Positions 17,982 through 26,308 are shown, numbered from the stretch's first letter. The stretch: 64,000 nucleotides of DNA from Candidatus Doudnabacteria bacterium (GCA_016218585.1 JACRDK010000025.1:27637-91636); one strand, 5' to 3'. The notes: generated by a model not told the origin, from the sequence alone. Numbers and translations: made by a program.

Positions 17982-18007
17982 GCCACGTCGCTCGCGAGCG
18001 ACGTGGC
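17982..18007. repeat. Perfect 26-nt GC-rich palindrome gccacgtcgctcgcgagcgacgtggc
   Basis: Self-complementary. Related to the element at 25788-25811. Confidence 0.8.
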
Positions 18008-18085
18008 TTGATAAAATGGCAAAAATTGACTATACTATATAGTCATCTTACACTTTGTGTATATTTGAAATTAATTTAAAACTAT

Positions 18086-18439
18086 ATGAAGCCAATAAAA
18101 AAAGACACCAACCGCATAGCTAAAGTAAATTCCTTAATTGAAAAAGAATTAGGGCCGGTTCTGCGCGAATTTTTAGATTGGCAAAAAGGCTTGGTTACTA
18201 TTACCAAAGTGGAAACCAGCCGCGATATGAAGTACGCCAAAGTTTGGATTTCTATTTTCAACGGGGATGACGAAAAAATTCTGGACCATCTGACAAAAAA
18301 TATTTATGACATTCAAGGCGAATTAAATAAAAGCTTCCAAACTAAAATTATCCCGAGGATAAGTTTTCACTTAGATACTTCTCCCCGCTACGTAGAACAC
18401 ATTGATGAGCTAATTCGTGAAGTACATGAAGAAAAATAG
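18086..18439 (+). CDS. rbfA: Ribosome-binding factor A
   Basis: ~117 aa with a KH-like fold pattern, located downstream of infB. Confidence 0.85.
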   Translation: MKPIKKDTNRIAKVNSLIEKELGPVLREFLDWQKGLVTITKVETSRDMKYAKVWISIFNGDDEKILDHLTKNIYDIQGELNKSFQTKIIPRISFHLDTSPRYVEHIDELIREVHEEK

Positions 18440-18520
18440 AATTATGAAGTATGAATCAAGAATTAAGCAAAAGGGTACCGGCCTTAATTCATAATTCCTG
18501 ATTCTTAATTCAATTCCATT

Positions 18521-19516
18521 ATGGAACAGTCTTTTGAACAAGCTAAAAATCTAATTGATAATTCAGCCAACATATTGCTCACCATGCACGAACGCATGGA
18601 CGGGGACGATGGCGGCGCGCTTTTGGCTATGGGCCACCAATTAGAGAGCTTGAATAAAAATGTAACTTATTCAATTAAAAAAGGAGTCCCTCCAAATTTA
18701 TCTTTTTTGCCGAAAAGCCATAAAATTTTAGATGACATAAGCGAACAAGACAACTTCGACTTATTAATAACCTTTGGCTGCTCAAGCATTGAAAGAACTG
18801 GCTCAGAAAAAATTACCAACCTGCAATCGCCTAAGCCTTCAGCTTATGGCGGGCAGGAAAATTTAAAAATTAAGGTTATAAATATTGACCACCATCCGGA
18901 CAATACCGGCTTTGGGCAGGTTAATTTGGTTGACGCGGCTAAATCTTCGGTAGCGGAATTAGTTTACGATTTTTTCATTTTTCACAATTGGGAAATTAAC
19001 AAAGATATTGCCACCTGCCTGCTAACGGGAATAATTACCGATACTGGATCTTTTATGCATGCCAACACGCAGAGCTCCACCTTAAAAGCCGCGGCCGAAC
19101 TTATGCGCAAAGGCGCGCAGGTTAGCAAAATAGTCAGGCAAACTTACAAAAATAAATCGCCGCAAATCCTCAAAGCCTGGGGCAGGGCTTTAAAGAATGC
19201 CTATTATGATTCCAAAAATAAAATAATTTATTCAGTAATGACGGAAAATGACTTAGCGGAATTTTCCGCCCTGCCCCAGGCCGCTTTTGAAGGGTTTGTG
19301 GAAACTTTAAACACAGTCCCTGAAGCTAAGTTCGCCATGTTCTTAAGGCAAGACGGGAATATAATTAAAGGAAGCCTGCGCAGCGACACTTTTAAAAATA
19401 CCGATGTATCCCAAATCGCCCGTATTTTTGGCGGCGGCGGACACAAATTAGCCTCCGGCTTCTCCGTTGCCGGAAAGCTTATGAAAGACGAAATGGGGAA
19501 GTGGAAAGTGGCGTAA
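18521..19516 (+). CDS. nrnA: DHH/DHHA1 phosphoesterase, NrnA-like (bifunctional oligoribonuclease/pAp phosphatase)
   Basis: DHH motifs HERMDGDDGGA and NIDHHPDN, and the DHHA1 motif GGGGH. Confidence 0.75.
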   Translation: MEQSFEQAKNLIDNSANILLTMHERMDGDDGGALLAMGHQLESLNKNVTYSIKKGVPPNLSFLPKSHKILDDISEQDNFDLLITFGCSSIERTGSEKITNLQSPKPSAYGGQENLKIKVINIDHHPDNTGFGQVNLVDAAKSSVAELVYDFFIFHNWEINKDIATCLLTGIITDTGSFMHANTQSSTLKAAAELMRKGAQVSKIVRQTYKNKSPQILKAWGRALKNAYYDSKNKIIYSVMTENDLAEFSALPQAAFEGFVETLNTVPEAKFAMFLRQDGNIIKGSLRSDTFKNTDVSQIARIFGGGGHKLASGFSVAGKLMKDEMGKWKVA

Positions 19517-19554
19517 AATCACAGACGCGCAAATTAATCCAGATTACACAGATT

Positions 19555-19588
19555 AAAAAACCATCGCCTTAGGGCGATGGTTTTTTAT
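19555..19588. terminator. Bidirectional terminator
   Basis: aaaaaaccatcgccttagggcgatggtttttt. Confidence 0.75.
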
Positions 19589-19593
19589 CCGCG

Positions 19594-20178
19594 TTATTTG
19601 TCAGTATCCGCGTATTTGCGATTTTTTAAAGTTTCCGCCCACCAGGTAAGGCTGCCAAGCAAACCTTCAATTTTTTTGTCCAAAGCAGGTTCCAGCAACT
19701 GACCTTCGTCATTAAAATACTTTTCCACCGGGCCAATCATAATTGTTTCCCTCATTGCTACGGCGGCAAAATTTTCTATAATTGTTCTAAGCTGTTCAAT
19801 AACCCGAGCGCCGGAAACCGTGCCGTTGGAAACCCCAACTAAACCAAACGGTTTTCTTTCAAACTCTGTATACAGCCAGTCCAGCGCGTTTTTTAAAACC
19901 GCCGGGTATCCGTGATTGTATTCCGGGGTAACAATTATAAAAGCGTCTGCGGCCCGGGCAATATTGCTCCACTTTTGAGCGTTCTCATTTGGATAACCTT
20001 TTTTATAATAAACCACGGGAACTGTTGGCCCGTTATAAAACGGCAAAGACAATTCTTTAAAATCAACTAAGATTGATTCATGTCCGGCTGCCCTAACTTT
20101 TTGGTGAATATATTTTGCCGCAGCCTCGCTCTTCCTGCCCTCGCGTACGCTGCCTAAAATTATTGGGATGTTAAGCAT
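19594..20178 (-). CDS. NAD(P)H-dependent FMN reductase family flavoprotein (flavodoxin-like fold)
   Basis: LNIPIILGSVREGRKS...FIIVTPEYNHGYPAVLKNALDW is typical of the FMN_red family. Start taken at the internal Met. Confidence 0.65.
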   Translation of the reverse strand: MLNIPIILGSVREGRKSEAAAKYIHQKVRAAGHESILVDFKELSLPFYNGPTVPVVYYKKGYPNENAQKWSNIARAADAFIIVTPEYNHGYPAVLKNALDWLYTEFERKPFGLVGVSNGTVSGARVIEQLRTIIENFAAVAMRETIMIGPVEKYFNDEGQLLEPALDKKIEGLLGSLTWWAETLKNRKYADTDK

Positions 20179-20251
20179 TTTATTTTTTCCTTTCCACAAA
20201 CTAATTATAGCCCAAAATTAAAAAAACGTCCTATAAATTAGAACGGTTTTT

Positions 20252-20335
20252 TGGTGCCCGAGGAGGGACTCGAACCCTCAAGCCAAAGGCATACGCACCT
20301 CAAGCGTACGTGTATACCAATTCCACCACCCGGGC
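20252..20335 (-). tRNA. tRNA-Leu (anticodon GAG), with a long variable arm
   Basis: Acceptor GCCCGGG/CTCGGGC, anticodon loop TTGAGGT, long extra arm, T-loop TTCGAGT, and CCA encoded. Confidence 0.8.
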
Positions 20336-20340
20336 GCGTT

Positions 20341-20991
20341 TTAGCTTTTTTTATCTTTAACTAAGATATTATACGCTTTTTTATATTTTCTTTCAAGCCT
20401 TGGAACAGTGTGGTTATAATACATCTTGTTAATTAGCAATCTGGAATCGTTCTTTGCAAAAACCAACTTATATGCGCCAGCATATGCCTGTTTGCTCAAA
20501 CTGCCTTTTATCTCAATGAATCCCTTAATTTTTTTCCTTAACCAGGATAAATGGTTAAAGCTCGCGGAAGCAAAATTAATATAGAATGCGAAACTATTTT
20601 TCCATCTTTCGTCATAATAAGAATAAACTGTCCCATCTCCATCAAAAGAACCTCGTAAAAAGTCAAAAAAATAAATATCTGGGACTTTTATAACGCCAAT
20701 GGTTTTTGACTTGTTCGGAGTCAACCCTAAACTAAGAAGAAAATTATAGAAATTTACATCGCCAAACTGAACCCAATAAGAAAAACTTCCACCGACAAAG
20801 CCACTCTTTTTCTTTAGGATTTTAACCTCTAAACCTAAACACTTCATGAAAACCTTAATTAACTGCAAATCTTTCGATATAAAAGCCATATGTCTTTTGT
20901 CATTATATAAGCAACCATCAGTTGCAATCAGACCAATGGCATAAGCCAATTCTGGTGACCATATTGTAGAAATTTTCTTCTGTGGTTTCAT
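20341..20991 (-). CDS. Free-standing double-motif LAGLIDADG homing endonuclease family protein
   Basis: Two motifs, LAYAIGLIATDGCL and FLRGSFDGDGTV, spaced ~100 aa apart. The stop codon lies 5 nt upstream of the tRNA-Leu 5' end on the same strand. Confidence 0.8.
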   Translation of the reverse strand: MKPQKKISTIWSPELAYAIGLIATDGCLYNDKRHMAFISKDLQLIKVFMKCLGLEVKILKKKSGFVGGSFSYWVQFGDVNFYNFLLSLGLTPNKSKTIGVIKVPDIYFFDFLRGSFDGDGTVYSYYDERWKNSFAFYINFASASFNHLSWLRKKIKGFIEIKGSLSKQAYAGAYKLVFAKNDSRLLINKMYYNHTVPRLERKYKKAYNILVKDKKS

Positions 20992-21156
20992 ATCTCAAAG
21001 CTAAAGCGTATACCAATATTATATCATATAAATTATTAATATTCCTCTTGATTAAAACCGCTCCTAGGTGTATGATTGCGACAATCAAAAGGAGGCTCGA
21101 TAAGCTGTAAAAGCATACTCGGACCTTCTTTTTACTTTCACGTGAAAGAGGAAAAT

Positions 21157-21963
21157 ATGACCAGAGAAGATGCGCGGTCGCGTATTATTGTTGCACTCGA
21201 CGTCAACAGTGTCGAGAAAGCCATTGAGCTCGTGTCCAAACTGAAAGGTAAGGTCGGCGGGTTCAAAATCGGTTTCGAATTCATCTACTCAATGTTCGCC
21301 ACGTTGGTAACATCGTCGGCGGAAGTCGCCCACCAGACCCTCGACCAGCTTCGCGAACTATTTGCCAATCTTGATCACCAGGAATTTCTGGACGGGAAGA
21401 TTGCAGATATTGGCAACACAGTCGCCGGCGCCTGCAAAGCAATTTGTCGGCTACAGCCGCTGATGTTCAATGTTCACGCTTTCGCTGGAGAACCCGCCAT
21501 GAAAGCGGCACGTAAAGCCGTGGACGAAATGTCGACCACACTCGAACTTGAACGCAAGCCGTTACTCTTAGCAGTCACCGTTCTCACTAGCCTCGGAGAG
21601 GAACACTTGATACAACTCAGTCTCAAAACCGAGGAAGACAAGGCTCCTCGCCGCCTTGAACTAGTTATCAAATACGCCATGCTGGCTCAAGCCTGTGGCT
21701 GCGACGGCGTTATTGCTTCACCTTTGGAGGTCTCAGCTATCCGCACAGCCTGCGGGCCGAACTTCCTCATCTTCACACCCGGCGTGCGTCTGCCCGGCTC
21801 AAGCAAAGGGGATCAAGTGGCAGTCAGCACCCCAGGAAATTCCATCCTCGACGGCGCCACTGGCGTTGTGGTGGGTCGCGACATTACTGGGGCTGAAGAC
21901 GTGGTCGAAGCCGCCGAACGTGTAATCGACAACATCCTCACGACCGTCAACGAACAGATTTAG
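21157..21963 (+). CDS. pyrF: Orotidine 5'-phosphate decarboxylase
   Basis: IIVALDV...KIGFE...DGKIADIGNTVAGA active-site pattern (D-x-K-x-x-D). RBS GAGGAAAAT. High-GC codon usage. Confidence 0.8.
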   Translation: MTREDARSRIIVALDVNSVEKAIELVSKLKGKVGGFKIGFEFIYSMFATLVTSSAEVAHQTLDQLRELFANLDHQEFLDGKIADIGNTVAGACKAICRLQPLMFNVHAFAGEPAMKAARKAVDEMSTTLELERKPLLLAVTVLTSLGEEHLIQLSLKTEEDKAPRRLELVIKYAMLAQACGCDGVIASPLEVSAIRTACGPNFLIFTPGVRLPGSSKGDQVAVSTPGNSILDGATGVVVGRDITGAEDVVEAAERVIDNILTTVNEQI

Positions 21964-21976
21964 AAGGAGAGCTAGA

Positions 21977-22672
21977 ATGACCGACGACCAAGTCTTTCGC
22001 GCGCTTCAAAATTGCGGCGCGGTCAACATCAAAAGCCATTTTTGTCTGACCCCCAAAGAGATTCCACCGGGATCAGGCATTAAACGGCACTTTCACTCTG
22101 ACACCTTCATCGCCAAAGACAGGGTGTTTGAATATGCCAGAGAGCTCTACTGTCTTGCCCAGGAAATTGCCGACCGGCATCTGATGCAGACTCAAAACCG
22201 CCCCTGCGACTTTGTGCTGGGTTTAGAAAAAGGGGCTATTGCCCTTGCAAACCTGGTATGTCACCATCTGCAAATATCCGGACACGACCATGTTCGCGCT
22301 GGTTACGCTGAAGCCAAACCCGGCGGCGGTTTTACCATCGGCCGAGGCTTCGCCCGCAACTACACCGGACGCACGGTTCTAATAGTTGAAGATATCGTGG
22401 TTTCCGGCACTTCTGTAAGAGACGCCATGGAAGCGGTTCGCGAAAACGCTGGCATACCCTTTGGCATCTGGGCAATCTGCTTGCGAGGCGACGCGGACAC
22501 CGGTGGTGTCCCGCTCAACTACCTTTGCAAGGTCGACGGCGCTCAAATGTGGGCGGAAGAGGAATGTCCTCTTTGCGCTGACCCCAAGTGGGGGCCGACA
22601 TCGGTCCGCACGGACATCAACAAGCACGGGCCGGAATTCTTCAAGCGGATGAACCTGCCTATTCCACTGTAA
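21977..22672 (+). CDS. pyrE: Phosphoribosyltransferase, probable orotate PRTase
   Basis: Type I PRTase PRPP-binding motif VLIVEDIVVSGTSVRDAMEAV. Its position between pyrF and other pyr genes supports the call. RBS GAAGGAG. Confidence 0.6.
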   Translation: MTDDQVFRALQNCGAVNIKSHFCLTPKEIPPGSGIKRHFHSDTFIAKDRVFEYARELYCLAQEIADRHLMQTQNRPCDFVLGLEKGAIALANLVCHHLQISGHDHVRAGYAEAKPGGGFTIGRGFARNYTGRTVLIVEDIVVSGTSVRDAMEAVRENAGIPFGIWAICLRGDADTGGVPLNYLCKVDGAQMWAEEECPLCADPKWGPTSVRTDINKHGPEFFKRMNLPIPL

Positions 22673-22705
22673 CGCTGGGTCCATATTTACAGCAACCATC
22701 CAAAA

Positions 22706-22751
22706 GCGCCGCGATCCCAACCGGGTTGCGCGGCGCTTTTTCAATTAAAAA
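22706..22751 (+). terminator. GC-rich terminator, copy 1 of a ~45-bp repeat
   Basis: cgccgcg...atcccaaccgggttgcgcggcg followed by ctttttcaattaaaaa. Nearly identical to 25233-25279. Confidence 0.75.
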
Positions 22752-22819
22752 CACAAACGACCTGTCCAAAATCTTTCGATTCCAAACAGGTCGTTTTAAA
22801 GTTGCAAGTGCAAGGGAGA

Positions 22820-23779
22820 TTACTTGTAAACTTCCAAAGCGTGGCGGATAATGCCGCGAACCCGCCATGGACGAAGCATTGCAACGCTGCCAATGCAAAC
22901 TGCGTCGGCTCCGGCTTCTTTTAGAACATCCACCGCGGTGGCGTTGAGAATTCCGCCGCCTGCCGCAATTGGTTTTTCCAAACCCGCATCTCGCGCCGCC
23001 TTCACCCAGTCAGCAGTCAGAGGCAACAATGGCCAGCCGGAGAGCCCGCCGCCGCCGAATTTCTTTAGCGGCGACTCCTTGGTCCCAAACAGTTCCTGCC
23101 AATCAATTTTCTCCGGCAACTTCCCCCACGGCACTGTATTGGAAACACAGACCGCCGAAAGACAAGGATGCCGCGAGATTGCCACCGCTGTTTCCGGCTC
23201 GGTGGTTACTGAATACTTGTCGACAATGGGCACACCCAACATCGACAGAACACCCAAGTGCCGCCACGATTCGTCAATGAATTCGTCTGGTGAAATTTTC
23301 TCGAGCCCGACATTCGGACAGGAAGCGTTGCGCTGAATGGCGATGTTGGCTTTAAACTCAGACAGGCGCGGCTTCAAAACATCCACAAACTCCTTTGTCT
23401 CCGCCAAACGTTCGCCCGCCGTTGCTGCCACCGACATAAACGAAATCATAAACGGTTCTCTGCGCGCTTGCCACTTGCCGGTATCAAGCAAAGCCTTTAA
23501 ACCGTGCCCGCTCAAACCAACCGCGTTAAGCGCAACGCCGGCGAAAGGCTTAACCACAATACATTTGGGTTTCAGCTCAGCCGGAGTCGTGCCGTCTTTT
23601 TTCAGTGGCATGTTGCCAACGCGCGGGGCAACTGTCGTGGTCTTGGCCACAAAAGTAATCCCCGAAAAATCCAAGCCAAAAGGTTTACAGAACTTATGGA
23701 AAGGGTAGCCCTCACCAAAAAAATTCTGTATGCCCGATTGACCCCAAACGGAGCCAAAATCAACACCTCGCAATTTCAT
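22820..23779 (-). CDS. pyrD: Dihydroorotate dehydrogenase family protein (TIM-barrel flavoenzyme)
   Basis: Motifs NAVGLSGHG, NASCPNVG and GGGGLSG...AAGGGI match the DHOD/DHPD family. The antisense ORFs on the plus strand are composition artefacts. Confidence 0.65.
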   Translation of the reverse strand: MKLRGVDFGSVWGQSGIQNFFGEGYPFHKFCKPFGLDFSGITFVAKTTTVAPRVGNMPLKKDGTTPAELKPKCIVVKPFAGVALNAVGLSGHGLKALLDTGKWQARREPFMISFMSVAATAGERLAETKEFVDVLKPRLSEFKANIAIQRNASCPNVGLEKISPDEFIDESWRHLGVLSMLGVPIVDKYSVTTEPETAVAISRHPCLSAVCVSNTVPWGKLPEKIDWQELFGTKESPLKKFGGGGLSGWPLLPLTADWVKAARDAGLEKPIAAGGGILNATAVDVLKEAGADAVCIGSVAMLRPWRVRGIIRHALEVYK

Positions 23780-23913
23780 AAGGCCTCCTTCAGGTCTTCA
23801 AATAGCCAAATCATAATACAGAACTATGTGAAATAGGTCAAAATAAATGCTTGTCTTTTTTTAGACTTTCTGTAATACTCCTGTAAGAAATCGCAAGCCC
23901 TTAAGGAGGCACA

Positions 23914-25215
23914 ATGACCGGAGTAAAGAATATCTTGATTAACGGAGAAGAGCCCGGGGCCATCGTTTTTGATGGCAAGTTGATCCACGCTGTTTACAAG
24001 CCGGGAGACACCTTACCGCCCGATGTGGACTGGATTGACGGACACGGCTGCGAGGCCTATCCTGCCGGCGTAGATATGCATGTCCACGACAGGTGGGGCG
24101 AACCCAAACGTGAAGATCCGCAACACTTGGAAGCGGCTTGCATCGCGGGTGGCACGGCGACTATCGTTACCATGCCAAACACAATACCGCCTTTTGACCA
24201 AGCAAATCAAACCAGAACAAGACTTGCGGGGTTTAATTCCATCAATGTCCTGGCTTGGATAGCAGCCACGCGAACCAACTACACAGAACGGGAGATGGCC
24301 TATCATTATTTTTCGCGTCAAATTCCTGGTGCGAAACTGATGATGGCTTCTACCAACAACCCAGAAACCCTGGTAGACGACGGCCTGTCACAACGTCGTA
24401 TCCTGGAAGAGAATGCTGACCTCGATTGCATTACAACGATTCACGCTGAGGCTGAAGACCTAATCAAGAGGAATGTACAAGAATATAAGCAGCTGTACGG
24501 CCGGCTGCTTCGCCAACACCACTGCAAAATCCGTGAAAGCCAAGTTGAGGTTGAAGGCATCCGCCGCATCCTCAACATTCATCACGATGTTGGAGCCGGG
24601 CGCATTCACATAGCGCATGTGTCTACCGCAGACGGCATAAAGCTAATTCTAAGAGCCAAGTCCCGGGGACAGAACGTGACATTTGAAACCTGCCCCCACT
24701 ACTGGACATTCAACAATTTCTGGGTAGAGGCGGGTAACGGCGGGTTCTACAAAATGAATCCCGCCCTCAGGTCACCGGAAGAGCAGTTGATTGTCTTGCA
24801 ACACTTGTGCAACGGTGATGTCGATGTTTCTGCCACCGATCATGCCCCTCACCCTCGCGAAGCCAAGACAAATCCAGGCCTCGACGAATGCTCCAGCGGG
24901 GTTCCTGGAGTGGAGACGAATATCCCGTTGTTGTATGACCTGAAAACTCGTCGGATGATCTCCACCAAGAGGTTCATCGACCTGACCTCAAGAAACGCGG
25001 CAAAAATCCTGGGACTCAACAAAGGGTCGCTGGCGGCCGGGTTTGATGCCGACATGATTCTCATCGACCCATTCGCAAAATTCAAGATTGATGATTCTGG
25101 CGTCAAAAGCAAATGCGGTTGGACCCCGTACGCCGGAATGACCGTCAACAAAATTGTTTTCGTCGTAATTAGCGGCCAAGTGGTCGCACAAAATTTCGTC
25201 GAACAACAAACATGA
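23914..25215 (+). CDS. pyrC: Cyclic amidohydrolase, dihydroorotase-like
   Basis: Metal-binding motifs DMHVHDR and TDHAPH. ~430-aa type I dihydroorotase/allantoinase family. RBS AAGGAGG. Confidence 0.65.
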   Translation: MTGVKNILINGEEPGAIVFDGKLIHAVYKPGDTLPPDVDWIDGHGCEAYPAGVDMHVHDRWGEPKREDPQHLEAACIAGGTATIVTMPNTIPPFDQANQTRTRLAGFNSINVLAWIAATRTNYTEREMAYHYFSRQIPGAKLMMASTNNPETLVDDGLSQRRILEENADLDCITTIHAEAEDLIKRNVQEYKQLYGRLLRQHHCKIRESQVEVEGIRRILNIHHDVGAGRIHIAHVSTADGIKLILRAKSRGQNVTFETCPHYWTFNNFWVEAGNGGFYKMNPALRSPEEQLIVLQHLCNGDVDVSATDHAPHPREAKTNPGLDECSSGVPGVETNIPLLYDLKTRRMISTKRFIDLTSRNAAKILGLNKGSLAAGFDADMILIDPFAKFKIDDSGVKSKCGWTPYAGMTVNKIVFVVISGQVVAQNFVEQQT

Positions 25216-25232
25216 ACACTCCACAACAAGAC

Positions 25233-25279
25233 GCCGCGCGATCCCAACCGGGTTGCGCGGCGCTTTTTCAATTAAAAAA
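25233..25279 (+). terminator. GC-rich terminator, copy 2 of the ~45-bp repeat
   Basis: Near-identical to 22706-22751. Confidence 0.75.
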
Positions 25280-25367
25280 TATTTGTTAAACTACCTTTAC
25301 TACAACCTCTCTGTCCCGACAAGTCGGGACATCTCCCCTCAAAAGGGGAGAAAATAATGTAAAAACT

Positions 25368-25685
25368 ATGTCTACTAAATTCATTCGCAAAATTGAAGAC
25401 TTTAAATGCGGGCATTGCGGCAAAAAAACCAAAGGCAATGGTTATACAAACCACTGCCCAAAATGCCTTTGGAGCAAACACCTAGACAATTACCCGGGGG
25501 ACAGAGCTAACCCCTGCGGCGGACTTATGGAGCCTGTTGGTTTGGAACTGGAAAAAGGGGTATATCACATTATCCATCAATGCGAGACCTGCGGCGCCCG
25601 CGCCCGCTGCAAAAGTTCGCAGGAAGACAGCATTGAAGCCCTAACCGCGCTATCTGAGAGCCTTGCCAAAAAGCTAATGTTTTGA
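25368..25685 (+). CDS. RNHCP-domain zinc-ribbon protein (105 aa)
   Basis: GYTNHCPKCLWSKH plus CGHCG and CETCG cysteine pairs match the RNHCP domain signature. Confidence 0.6.
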   Translation: MSTKFIRKIEDFKCGHCGKKTKGNGYTNHCPKCLWSKHLDNYPGDRANPCGGLMEPVGLELEKGVYHIIHQCETCGARARCKSSQEDSIEALTALSESLAKKLMF

Positions 25686-25715
25686 TATAGTATTCAAGCG
25701 ATTAATTTACAATTT

Positions 25716-25790
25716 GGGCAATTAGCTCAGTGGTAGAGCGACTCGTTTACACCGAGTAGGCCGTAGGTTCAATCCCTACATTGCCCACCA
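25716..25790 (+). tRNA. tRNA-Val (anticodon TAC)
   Basis: Cloverleaf with anticodon loop TTTACAC, T-loop TTCAATC, and CCA encoded. Confidence 0.85.
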
Positions 25791-25811
25791 CGTAGTTCGC
25801 GAACGACGTGG
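25788..25811. repeat. GC-rich palindromic element ccacgtagttcgcgaacgacgtgg, overlapping the CCA end of tRNA-Val
   Basis: Shares the CCACGT-N-TCGCGA-N-ACGTGG design with 17982-18007. Confidence 0.7.
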
Positions 25812-25915
25812 CCCACCAGGTATAATTAGTTTATCAAGTTAAAAGTTATCAAGTTTATGAAGTTTGGTTGTAGGAACTTTATAACCTTTACCTTTACGAA
25901 CTTTATTACTTCCGT

Positions 25916-25990
25916 GCCGGGCTAGCTCATCGGTAGAGCGCTGCCCTGAAGAGGCAGGCGTGCCCAGTTCGACTCTGGGGCCCGGCACCA
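25916..25990 (+). tRNA. tRNA-Phe (anticodon GAA)
   Basis: Anticodon loop CTGAAGA, T-loop TTCGACT, and CCA encoded. Confidence 0.85.
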
Positions 25991-26048
25991 TAAATATACT
26001 TGCCAAAGAGTATAAAAAATTGATAGAATAGTATTTGAAAATTAGTTC

Positions 26049-26122
26049 GCGGCTATGGTTCAATGGTAGAACTTCTCCTTGCCATGGAGAGGATAGGGGT
26101 TCGATTCCCCTTAGCCGCTCCA
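26049..26122 (+). tRNA. tRNA-Gly (anticodon GCC)
   Basis: Anticodon loop TTGCCAT, T-loop TTCGATT, discriminator U, and CCA encoded. Confidence 0.85.
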
Positions 26123-26130
26123 AAAGAATT

Positions 26131-26164
26131 TGCCTCACCCTAACGGGTGGGGCATTTTCTTTTG
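26131..26164 (+). terminator. Terminator after the tRNA cluster
   Basis: gcctcaccctaacgggtggggc followed by a T-run. Confidence 0.7.
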
Positions 26165-26169
26165 TGCAG

Positions 26170-26282
26170 ATAAGGATAGATGAGAAACCCAGGCTCGACT
26201 AAAAGTCCGCCATAGCTTTAGCGACGGCGGATTCCCCTCGAAGATTCCGACTTCATGTCGGGGTTAGCCGCTCCACAAAAAA
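26170..26282 (+). other. Structured ~110-nt element ending in a tRNA-Gly 3'-half mimic (hairpin plus TTAGCCGCTCCA)
   Basis: The 3' end GGGGTTAGCCGCTCCA duplicates the tRNA-Gly T-stem and acceptor 3' strand. Internal hairpins gtccgcc/ggcggat and ccgac-ttcat-gtcgg. Followed by the terminator at 26275-26308. Confidence 0.4.
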
Positions 26283-26308
26283 CATCTGTTATATACAGGT
26301 GTTTTTTG
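26275..26308 (+). terminator. Terminator
   Basis: aaaaaacatctgttatatacaggtgtttttt. Confidence 0.7.

Noticed and set aside
22379-22744. ORFs 22379..22744(-) and 24849..25271(-), both starting MKKRRATRLGSR
   Set aside because: Both start inside the duplicated GC-rich terminator and run antisense to pyrE and pyrC. They are artefacts of the repeat and of high GC.
22851-23836. Plus-strand ORFs 22851..23336, 22969..23280, 23337..23708 and 23504..23836
   Set aside because: They are antisense to the DHOD-like gene, which carries clear family motifs on the minus strand. High GC suppresses stop codons.
25839-26138. ORF 25839..26138(-)
   Set aside because: Lies entirely across the tRNA-Phe and tRNA-Gly genes.
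26190-26215. AAAGUCCG…CAUAG resembling the RNase P RNA P4 region
   Set aside because: The element is only ~110 nt and lacks the P4 3' strand (ACAGARCCGGCUUA) and other conserved RNase P regions.
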